From Ginglymostoma cirratum (taxonomy: Eukaryota), in NCBI GenBank assembly GCA_024137785.1, contig JAHRHZ010000130.1, positions 1,337,520 through 1,374,535 of the forward strand: DNA of 37,016 nucleotides, written 5' to 3'. The notes under the pieces are model-generated. The model had not been told where the DNA came from, did no database searches, and saw only the letters and a program-made list of their open reading frames with translations. Positions within the stretch are counted from its first letter, which is position 1, and each line of letters starts with the position of its first letter. Of this stretch, positions 13,074 to 23,269 are shown one piece after another. The translations under genes were made by a program, and so were the position numbers.

Positions 13074-13425
13074 ACATAAGAACATTGAGTGTAGGAGTTA
13101 GGACGTCTTGTTGCAGCTGAATAAGGCTTTGGTGAGGCCACAATTGCAGTACTGCGTGCAGTTCTCTTCGTCGTACGGTAGAAAGGATATTATTAAACTA
13201 AAAAGACTGCAGAAAAGTTTGCTAGGATGCTACCGTGCCTGGAAGGTCTGAATTATAAAGAGAGGTTTGACAGGCTGGGACTCTTTTCCCTAGAGCGTGG
13301 GAGACTGAGGGGTGACCTGATGGGGATGTATAAAATCCTCAGAGGCATTGATGAGGTAGAGAGCCAATAACCTTTCCCCATGTAAGGAAGTGTGAAACTA
13401 GAGGGCTTAGGCTTAAGTGGAAATC
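13074..13425 (+). mobile_element. CR1 LINE ORF2 C-terminal fragment
   Basis: gctttggtgaggccacaattgcagtactgcgtgcagttc encodes ALVRPQLQYCVQF; gagactgaggggtgacctgat encodes RLRGDL. Confidence 0.8.
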
Positions 13426-14827
13426 GGGAAACTGGTCAGCAGACTATTGCTTTGCTTAAGTCTAAGTGCGGAAAGAGATAGATTAATGTTTCAGTAGCAG
13501 TTGTGTTGAAACCAGTGATGGTGCAGACGATGTCATGGAGGTGAATTCTCATACTGACATTTGAGCGGATCTCGGGTGAGAACCGCTGCTCAAGATGAGA
13601 CCAGGCGCCAAAACAAGAATTGTTATTTTCTAATTCAGTCAGTGGCAATGGCACTAACTGCAATCCATAGTGCAAGGAGAATCCGAAAATAACACGTGTG
13701 TGACTTTGATTAAGGCAATCTTGATCTTTTGACAGCGATGGCAACTTGAATTGCGGCATGCAAACAGGGTTCTGTAACGTGTGTGGTTATGGGAAGCAAG
13801 AAATTGTTTCTGTCAATTTCAGCTTTTCTTTTCTTGACTTCCTTTTTTATAAAAAAAAGGATCGTTTCCATTGTTTTCAATGTTTTCCAACTTTTTTTTA
13901 TCAGATGCACTAACGCCAGCCCCTCCAATAGTTAATATATTTACCCTTAATCAAGGATATGGAGTGCTACTGAAGGGAATCTGCCTCAGAGTTGCATTCC
14001 CCGTTCCATCTGTCCTGGTGACAGGCAATAATTTATAGTATTTGTCATCCCTTGTTTTCTCCAACCTCCAGGAATTTCTCGCAGGCCTTAGGGCCGTAGA
14101 ATATCATCTGGAAAGAATTCAGCGGGTTTGTGCACAATGATGCAGCAGAATGGTGTTATCCTCCAGGAATCATCCCTTTGGCTCTAACCACTTTGTAGAA
14201 TATACATGCTCTCGTAAACATTCAGGTTATCAGGAACTGAACGCCCCTGTAACTAAAAGAGATGTGACTGGACGTTCGAAACGTAAATTTACAGAACAGA
14301 CGCCTGTATAAATGTGAGCAATCTGTAACGTGTAACACAGAGTTAATTTTTTAATCTGTGATCAGTGGGCAGTAAACAGTTCATGAATTGTCGGCACAGG
14401 AGTCACAGATGTTTCCCGTAAATTATAAAGTGCTTTGCTGCTCCTGGCTGATGCTGAATTTTTGGCTTTCAGTGACAGTTCTTAGAGCAGATTTATGCAA
14501 GGAGTATATTTGGAACAAACTTCAATTAAACCCATGCGGTGGTTAATCTTTCGGCAGAGTCAATTCAAATGTACTTCATATGTTATGACATTGCGCAAAC
14601 TGTGTGTTGATGATGGCATGTTCAAAATAAAACAAAATAAAGAACAATATAAGTTTGAAATTTTAAAATGTAAAAGTTAATTTTACTGGTAATCATGAAG
14701 CTCTTTCGCAAGCCCTTGGAAGTACACACAAGCTGAGTTGGAATCATACAGTTAGAAACAAAATGATAAGGAATGATACCAGAGTATCATTCCGTTAGGA
14801 CGTTTCTACTCGATAAACTAAGCTGCA

Positions 14828-14910
14828 AAAACAGAAGTTGCTGGAAAAGCTTAGCGGGACTGGCAGCATCAGAGTTTACTTTCCGGGTCTGGTGACCCTT
14901 CCTCAGAGAC
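14828..14910 (-). mobile_element. Short Penelope-derived hammerhead element (family A), internally deleted
   Basis: aaaacagaagttgctggaaaagc...gggtctggtgacccttcctcag; flanked by aagctgca at 14820-14827 and 14911-14918. Confidence 0.7.
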
Positions 14911-15044
14911 AAGCTGCAGTTTGACAAGTTTAAATCTCAATCTTGAGGTAGATTGGGAATTCAAGTTACCCACCAGTTTTTTGATTTCAGTCGACAGCCT
15001 TTATATTTTAAGATGAAACACTTATTGGTGCAAATGCAAGAGGA

Positions 15045-15372
15045 GGAAATGATGCGGTGGTATTTACACTACACTAATAATTCAGAAGCTGAGGACTTGG
15101 GTTCGAATCCTACCATGGCAGATGGTGCAACTTGCATTCAATAAAAAAAATCTGGAATTAAGAGTCTAATGGTGACCACGAAAACATTGTCGATCGTTGG
15201 GGGAAAACTCATTTGCTTCACTAATGTCCTTCAGGGAAGGAAACTGCCATCCTTGCCTCGTCTGGCCGCCATGTGACTCCAGACGCACGGTAGTGTAATT
15301 AATTGTTAACTGCCCTCTGGGCAGTAAAAGCTGACTTAGCCAGCGACGCCTCCCCTCCCGTGAATGAATTTC
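15045..15372 (+). mobile_element. tRNA-derived SINE with LINE-related tail
   Basis: B-box gggttcgaatcc; tail ccagcgacgcctcccctcccgtgaatgaa matches the LINE tails at about 25340-25365 and 25820-25855. Confidence 0.7.
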
Positions 15373-16439
15373 AAACAAACGCGTTTTTGGCAAAGAAACA
15401 GATACATTTTAAACTCATCATTAACTTAATTCTGTCTCTTTCTTGATCAAATTAAAAGAAAAAAGAAGCCTTTAAACAAATGATACGCCAAATCTCTCAA
15501 ACAATCTGCAACAGTACAGGTTTTCTCATAGTTGGTGCTGCAGCAATTCAAAGGGGAAGCGGTGAGATTTGATACACGTAAATAGCATTCGGCTGAACCG
15601 TGCAGTGTCGTCAAACGTATACAGTTCGGTCGAAGTGTCAATATTTTGCATCGAGAATTGTTCAGCGTGAATTGGAATAACAGCCTAAAGTCAGGTAGCT
15701 GAAATTCAACGATCAGTTTATTCAGGGAAGGTTACTTTAAAGTGGAATGAAACTTTTAGCAATGGAAGCCGTCGGACAATGAGTGATGTTATTCCTTAAG
15801 TTTTTCACGTCCCAAAGCAAATATCATTGTTTTTACTCATAAGTAAATCAAATGTTGCAATTCTTCTATATTCTATTCCACAAACAGGGAGCAAAGGGAA
15901 GAATAAAAACGTACAGGTTTATAACACCTTTAAGTGCCTCGGAGTACCCCACTTGCTCTGTCTTGCAACAATGAAAACTTTTTAAAGAAATATACTAACA
16001 AACTGCTGCCTGGGGAACCACTCTGTGAAATTGCCACCGTGCGAGGGATGAAACCGCATTGCAATGAATAACGAGAAAATTTCCTTTCGTAATGTTGGCA
16101 GATGGTAAGTATTGGTCCTGATCATTGACAAAGTTTCCCAGGAACTTGAACATTGTTGTATAAAAGCATGTTCGGTCATCTGAGTGAAACTGGACACTGA
16201 ATACAGTACGTATTTACTGGGAATGTACGTGCTCGCGCCGAATCAACTTTCAACTGATCATTTTTGGAAAAACTATATTTAATTCCAAACAATCAAACAC
16301 CAATTAAGCAACGTTTTTAGAAATATTCGCTGAGCACGGATTACTGATGGTTAACAAATTTATCTCCAGCTGGATACGACAGGAACGCAGAGGAGGAGTC
16401 AAACTGTTGCAGGGGAGACCTGTGACTCCGAATCTCCCA

Positions 16440-16487
16440 CCTCTCTCTCTCTCTGTTTCTAGTATCAGACTCCAACCAGTATAAATA
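16440..16487 (+). promoter_or_regulatory. VH promoter: (CT)n tract and TATA box
   Basis: TATAAATA at 16480-16487, about 92 bp upstream of the leader ATG at 16579; (CT)7 at 16441-16454. Confidence 0.65.
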
Positions 16488-16578
16488 GCGGAATGGTTCC
16501 GCTCCATGTTCACAATCAAGAGGGATTGTTCCGACATTGAGTCGCATTCTCTACTCAGTTGTGCCAAGAGACGAGACA

Positions 16579-16624
16579 ATGCAACTGATCCCGTGCCTCT
16601 GCTTTTTGCTGTCTTGTTTCACCC
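16579..16624 (+). CDS. IGHV: Ig heavy-chain leader exon, MQLIPCLCFLLSCFT(H)
   Basis: ATG at 16579, hydrophobic 15 codons, phase-1 donor c|gtgagt at 16625; 111-bp intron ending ttacag at 16735. Confidence 0.92.
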
Positions 16625-16735
16625 GTGAGTGTTATTTACAGTATAATAACGCAAAGAAGTGTGCTTAGGATATTCTATTATAGTTTTTGTTTTTGCTTGC
16701 TATCTAATGTTATTGTATGTTTCATTTACTTACAG

Positions 16736-17038
16736 ATGTCCGATCCAATATCGTGTTAAACCAGTCACCTCCTGTGTCGGTAAAGCGTGGAGAATCTCAT
16801 AAACTGTCCTGTTCAGTGTCGGGGTTCAGTCTTGACAGCCACCATGTGCATTGGCTTAAGCAATTTCCCGGGAAAAGGTTGGAGTGGCTCCTTGCTTATA
16901 GAAATCCTTCAGATACCAATTATTACGCGCCTGGAGTCGAAGGCCGAATCATTCCTTCAAGGTCCTCCTCTACAGCCTACATTGAGATCAAAAGTTTCAG
17001 ACTCGAAGACACCGCCATTTATTACTGTGCAAAAGATG
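16736..17038 (+). CDS. IGHV: Ig heavy-chain V segment, unrearranged, IgW-like/divergent VH
   Basis: (H)VRS-NIVLNQSPP...LSC(22)SVSGFSL...WLKQFPGKRLEWL...EDTAIYYCAKD; canonical Cys, Trp and YYC; open frame; followed directly by an RSS. Confidence 0.95.
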
Positions 17039-17077
17039 CACAGCAGCTCAACTAAGCCCAGGGTGCATAAAAATACC
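17039..17077 (+). other. V 3' recombination signal sequence, 23-bp spacer
   Basis: Heptamer CACAGCA 17039-17045, spacer 17046-17068 (23 nt), nonamer AAAAATACC 17069-17077 (7/9 to ACAAAAACC). Confidence 0.88.
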
Positions 17078-17406
17078 GAGGAAGATAATTGCATTGAATC
17101 GTAGGTGAGTACTTATTACACGTATTTGCAATTAGATGGAAAGATGCTCGAGTTAAAGCAATACAGTGGCAAAGAATAGTAAAGATGTTAATTAGGTTCG
17201 TATGGAGAGGGAACATGCTTCTGGTTATATTATTCACTGCTGACGACTGGATGTCAACTGAAAAAGATTATTACATAGCTGAGGATAACTTTGGTCGAAA
17301 ACTCTGCCGCCAAATAAACCTCACAGTTAGACTATGGTCAAAATATATTGAGCTGCTGTAATTTATGTGACTATATTTCTAACATCTGCAATTATTCAGT
17401 CAGCAT

Positions 17407-17434
17407 AGTATTTATATGAGGTCTTATTACTGTG
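17407..17434 (-). other. J 5' recombination signal sequence, 12-bp spacer
   Basis: Plus strand AGTATTTAT 17407-17415 (6/9 to GGTTTTTGT), spacer 17416-17427 (12 nt), TACTGTG 17428-17434; nothing nonamer-like at 22/23 spacing (tcagtcagc). Confidence 0.78.
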
Positions 17435-17487
17435 GTACAGCTCTCTTGACAGCTGGGGACAAGGAACCATGGTGACGGTGACTGCAG
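17435..17487 (+). CDS. IGHJ: Ig heavy-chain J (or germline-joined DJ) segment, YSSLDSWGQGTMVTVTA
   Basis: WGQG motif, TMVTVT typical of shark JH, phase-1 donor g|gtaaga at 17488. Confidence 0.95.
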
Positions 17488-18415
17488 GTAAGAAACATGT
17501 TTTATTCGTGTCCTGCTTGATTTGTGACATTATTTCATATTTATGTTTGTTTTCACAATTACTATGCGAACTAAACAGTTCAGTTGTTTGATGCTATGCT
17601 TACAATAATGCTTTTTGCTATGCTACAAGGTGATACTACCATTTCACTGCACCTCTAAATTTTAAGAAAATAGTTACGGAGATATTGAGAGTCTGGTTGA
17701 GTGATTTGCCACTTATTTGCTGTTGAAACATTTTACCTGGCTTACTTCACACACTTGAATTTTTGATAGCAGTTCGGCGTTTCTGACAAGTTTCTAAACT
17801 TGGAGACCTCTGATTGCTGCAAGCTATCTGATAAAGTCATAACATATGTTTAACAACGTTGAAACTAAATTTTAGAATGATATCTAAATGCTTTCAAGGT
17901 CTAAAAATTAATACAGAGATCTTAAATTAATTTTTTTGCTAATTAAATTGCAAGAGATTAATACGAGTTTGATGAGTATTGATTTTAATAAAGGAAATAC
18001 GACTTTAAATAAGAAGAACGTGTTTAACAAATTTCCTGCCCGGATCAGTTTTAAATTATTGCAAATATTCTAATAGAGTATCGTCTCCCAATATTACTAA
18101 AATATGTTATTGTTTAAAAATCAACAAGTTAGGTATAATGTATTTCAATTCAATTGCCCTGTATTGTTCTATATTTGTCTATTTTGAAAATAATAATAAT
18201 GTGTTAAGTGGCAGTCAGTACCGACGCAATGCGCTGCATTTTATTTGAAATATTATATTTGTTTCTGCTGAAAGGATTTGGAGAATTACGCATTTGTGGG
18301 ATGCAATCCCTTGATGTTGCGCATTTTTGCTTATGTGATGAATGGAATATCTACCGATGATACACTGAATAGCTAAAATACGTGACACTCTTTGTTGATT
18401 CTATAATGTTCGTTG

Positions 18416-18459
18416 TTATTCGCTAAAATCAAAGATTTTATTCGCTAAAATCAAACATT
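18416..18459. repeat. 22-bp tandem duplication
   Basis: ttattcgctaaaatcaaagatt followed by ttattcgctaaaatcaaacatt. Confidence 0.8.
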
Positions 18460-18984
18460 TTTGGGTGATTGAAGCGGATAGAAGTAAGGTTACAGTAAAC
18501 AACTAGTTGTTATTCACACGTATAGATATGCGATGCAAAATTTTAGTGACCCTGCATTTAAACATTCATGCATTAAAATTTATTTTATAACATTCTCATA
18601 CTTACATGAAATGTTGAAGTAAGATGAAAACACACAATCAATGAGTGCTTTTGAGAGTGAAATTAATAAACATACATGATAATAATATCGCGGTATTTGA
18701 AAGGTCGAGGGGAATAAACAACAGGATCAACTACACTTCAGATACTTCTAATCAAATTCTCACATATATTACAATGCAGATTTGGAGCAGACAGAATTTG
18801 AAAGGCCCTCCTGATTCAGAGATAGGAACAAAATGATTGTGCCAGAACAGCCTTTAGTAATTAAAAGCAGCTTTTATTTTCTTATGCAAAACTGAACTTT
18901 TCTTCCATAACGAATTACCTGTACTATATTTTTCTGTCTATTAATCTCCACTAGTAAATCACTGTGTTTCCAATTGAACAATTT

Positions 18985-19400
18985 AGTTACAAAGCCCATT
19001 AAGGCAAAGCAAACCATCAAAGTTGACGGACAGGTAGGGAAAGGGGGATGGGGCTAAATCAAAATAGAGTTGGATGGGTCGGTAAAGTACTCTATCTCTA
19101 TGGTTCCACCATTCTCTAGAGGTTTTGACAGCATTGGTCGACACAGCCTGCTCCACTTCCAGGGACACTTGGGCAGAAACCCAACCACAGATGTTGGACA
19201 GACAGCCGGTAGCTATGACACACTGCTCTGGACTTGTTAATAGCCAACTTGCCCAAAGCCAGGTGCAGACGCACTAGGAGGTCCTGTGACTTGCCCTCAC
19301 CACTCCGAATGCACAAATGTCAGGAGCGTGGGGCTGAAATACAAACAAAAGCCAAACAAAAATCATTTAAGAGGGAGTGCAATGGCCAGCAAGGAAACTT
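18985..19400 (-). mobile_element. Tx1/L1-clade LINE ORF2 C-terminal fragment
   Basis: Minus-strand peptides FSPTLL, GEGKSQDLLVRLHLALGKLAINKSR and SLEVEQAVSTNAVKTSREWW resemble the Tx1 ORF2 end. Confidence 0.65.
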
Positions 19401-21235
19401 TATGCGACATGGGTATAAATAATTCAGTTTCACACAAAGACATAATAACTTGAGAAGAAGACAAAAAAAACTTCAGAGGCTAGAGCAATTTCCATCTGAT
19501 AAAAACGAAATACTCAATAATCAGTGATGGTCAGCTAATCCCTGTGAGCTATACTCAGCTTTTATTAGAATCACTGCTCTATTTACTCTTAATGTTGCAA
19601 TTTTGAAGATTACGTGAATGACTTGCTATCTCTCAGCTTTATACTGATGCTACTGATCGCACTGCTGCGTTCAGTCTAACAAGGAATTAAAAAACAATTG
19701 GCTTCTCCCACCTAGTGCAAATGATTGACAGACAAATAGTTATCAATGGAGTTCGTGCGGTAAATGCATTTAACCAACTTAATATCCCCTTGGGTGAACA
19801 TCTGCAGTGCAATCAGTCCTCCCAGTTCCTTCAACATTACCTACTGTTAAAGAAATGGGAGACTTCCGCTAAACCGACCTTATATTAATTTGCCGCGGTT
19901 TGATGTTGCTCACAACCAAAAAGTTGTACGCATAATTCCCCTTGTATTCAGTGAAAGTGGGACTCCATCAGGGTGTATGTGGGTAAGTGGTTAATTTCTA
20001 TTAAAGCAGGTTAGTTATAATTGTAAATAACACTTTGAAACTGAAGAGCTGCCGCGCTCCAAGTTATTTTGAGTGAGTCTGACCAGGTACCTCTAAGGAG
20101 CAGGTGGTGCTTAAAACCAACGTAGCAGATAATACGAATATTTTGCTGTCACTCAGTTTTGTATTGATCATCCTGGATTTTACTTCCAATAAATGGCAGA
20201 AAATATTACTATTTAATATACATGTATTGCATGAATCGTTGGAGTGATTTATAAAGGTTTGTCAGGATTGCTAAATCCCAAATATCCAATTAACGATAAG
20301 AAATGACAGCCAACAATATTTATTTAAATAGATATTGATGTTCATTCTACAGTTATGCCTTCGGATACTATTTAAAATATAGAGCCCCACTTTTGTGCAC
20401 ATCTTATCTTGCTATCCATTATTCATTACTGAGCTGAGTACTCAGATAGTGTTCACACAAGGTAAAATTGCTCACACTCAATGACAACAGTTTTGAGAAT
20501 AGATGCTCTTTACGTCATTTCAACATGGTCAGAAACATGAGGAATTTACAGGTCAGTTCGTAAAGAGCAGCACAATGCTTATTGAGGAACTTAAATATTA
20601 AAAATGCGTATATTAAAAGAAAATACTTCGTCTCTACAAACATGCATGTTATTTAGTATTTTATTTACGATATGTCTTAATTTTCTTTTTAGAAAATGTC
20701 ATTTCAGAAAGGACAAGTCGTAAACACATTACAATTAAGTCATTTGGCATAAAAGAACAAATGAGCAGCTGTAGAGAACTAGGTTATAATAACGACAATG
20801 CACTAAAAACAATAACCACTCACATATGCATTGCATCGTATAGAGAATTACAGATAATACAAAATCTATTGATTGAAGAGAATGTTTAATTGTTGTCAAT
20901 TAATTCAGAAAGCTTTATTTTTGCTCTGCTCCATTTGACTGGATAAGCTGACACTACAAATTTTAACCTGTTATCTTCGTGATTAACCTCGACACTTTTC
21001 TTGCTAGTGTTTAATTCCGAGATTATTTCAAATCAGCGAAGTCAACGTTCAATGTATATGTATCGTAATGCGTTACTTCTTTTTACCGTGTTACTGAATG
21101 TCTGTTACAGCAATATAATTGCCATGCATGTAAATTATTTTGATGTAGCTGTTTTCAGGAAACTAAGTGTTACATAGAAATGAAGATTGTATATTTGACA
21201 GGGAGAAATAACAGCCAGTCAGGGAAATCTGTCAG

Positions 21236-21361
21236 AGATAAAAGGTACTGCAGATGCTGGAGAATCCGAGATAACAAGCATGGGGCTGGATGAACACAGC
21301 AGGTCAAGCAGCATCATAGGAGCAGGAAAACTTGACGTGTCGGGCCTAAACCCTTCATCAG
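21236..21361 (-). mobile_element. Short Penelope-derived hammerhead element (family B)
   Basis: Identical to 36868-36993 except for one base; ends in a hammerhead core on the minus strand. Confidence 0.8.
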
Positions 21362-21850
21362 TCAAGTTAGTATGAGCTTGAGAGAAATGTTGAAACGAAT
21401 TGCATTGTCTGAAATTGCCGAAAGATTCAATCAACCTAAAACGTTTCAAGGAAATAAGCAGAAATTAGAGATATATCAGTTCGGTGAATGATAGCTGCAT
21501 CAATTTTGCCTGGTCTGATTCTGTAAGATATGTAAGAAATAGGGAAGCAATATTTCAGTACAGACAAGTGGAGAAGAATCGTTAATCTCTTCAGTGTTGA
21601 TATGCCTGGTGTGTGGAAGTTTGATGTTCGATAATACAGCAGGCTTTCAGTCACGGTGGAGTATCAAGTCAGCTTCAGAATTCAACCCAGCTGGCTTCTT
21701 TAAAGATTACTTTGCTTGTCAAGATGATGCAGAGAGATCTTTAGATTAACTTGTCAATGATGTGTCAGGCCTAAAAGATTTTTCATTGTCCGTGGGAAAG
21801 GGAAACTTTTCTTTATCAGACTAACGAACATCAAGGGTTTAAACTGTTCA

Positions 21851-21990
21851 GTTCTGAGGAAGTGTCACCGGATCCGAATAGTTAACCCTGATTTTTTCTT
21901 CACAGGTGCTGCCAGACCTCCTGAGTTTTTCTAGCAACTTCTGTTTTTGTTCCTGATTTACAGATTCCACAGCTCTTTTGGTTTTTATTT
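21851..21990 (+). mobile_element. Short Penelope-derived hammerhead element (family A)
   Basis: gttctgaggaagtgtcaccggatccgaatagttaac...tgctgccagacc...ggtttttattt; colinear with 6062-6201. Confidence 0.75.
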
Positions 21991-23269
21991 CGTGTTTGAC
22001 CGAGAGGCAGTAAGCATAAATTGCTCTGTTATTCGAATCAAACAGATTTAGTTTACATTTGTGACCAAACAGAAGAGAAGAACAATAATTTCCGCTGTTA
22101 TTGATTCAATGATAACGGTGAAACATATTCTACTTCAATTTAAAAAAAGACAAGATTGTTTTGATCGAAATCTCTCCAAATAATTTCACAACGTCAGTAT
22201 AAAGCTATAGACATTAGTATGGGTTGTGGTGTGATAGAAGCTGGATCGTAATTTTGTGGCTGAATTGATCAATTATGTTGCTTCAATTTCTATCTAATGC
22301 AAACAGTGATTTGAATAATCGATGGCAGATTATAGGAGAAATTCATCTCCATGTCTATGAAACGCATAGCTTTTATTACAATTAGAATTATCAATAAATG
22401 AGAAGAGAAAGTTGGTTTAACATTATCAGTAACTCATCTTCATAAATTAACTAGTTTAGATAAGGATTTTTAAAAAATTTAATCTAACCAGCGATGCATG
22501 TGAATTAGGATAATTTAATCGCTAAGTCTAAAGAATGCTTCTGTTTCTTTTTTCCTTCTATTTATCTATTGATCAATCGATCGAGAGAATGTCTAAGAAT
22601 GAAAATTCTTTTGATTTTCCCCACGGACTATGCTTTTGGCTTTCAATGGGACCTATTTCATTCTTGTGCACTTATTACATTCAGTTTTTTTTAATGTTTG
22701 TAGTAATACACCCGGTATTTGGTGCACTAGCGAAAAAAATAGAGTAATTACATAATATTCCCAATAATTATTAATCTTTCAACAAAATTATAAGCAGAGT
22801 GCAGAAGGCAGGCAATAATTGCTTCAGACAACTGAAGAATTAAATTGCTGTAAGACAAAATACATAGGTGAGCAACAAAAATAAATCAAAATAATTTCTC
22901 AAACTTCTACACACAAGCAAAAACCTTAAATATACTTTCAGTGCACTGGAATCGTCACAATGATTCGTTTCCATTGTTTACACTGTACACGTCTAGAAGA
23001 TCTAAACCCAAACGGTACTTTAAAGAAAATGCCTTCTCAGAACTCAAACTCAGATTATTATTAAACAGTTGACAAGCAGTTCATCATCATCAAGTTCACC
23101 GCAAATGATAGGACCAAGATTTTACAGGTTTCATTCTGTGTTTTTGCATTCATTTTCAAGTCCTGCCCTATTCTTTCCCAAATATTTGTTTTTCTCTGTC
23201 AGGTTCAAACCTACTTTCTTTCGTTTGCGCTATCCATCCAATGCAGCCTCACAAATCCAATTTCAAACT

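Noticed and set aside
226-15641. Many short ORFs in the supplied track upstream of the Ig gene
   Set aside because: They are microsatellite translations, antisense frames of LINEs or random frames, with no domain motifs or exon structure
17162-17241. TACAGTG (17162) and CACTGCT (17235) as D-flanking heptamers
   Set aside because: No nonamer at 12 or 22/23 spacing for either, and the enclosed 66 bp is too long for a shark D
17322-17349. CACAGTT as a possible D 3' heptamer
   Set aside because: The nonamer at 12 spacing (AAATATATT) is poor, there is none at 23, and no matching 5' RSS lies upstream
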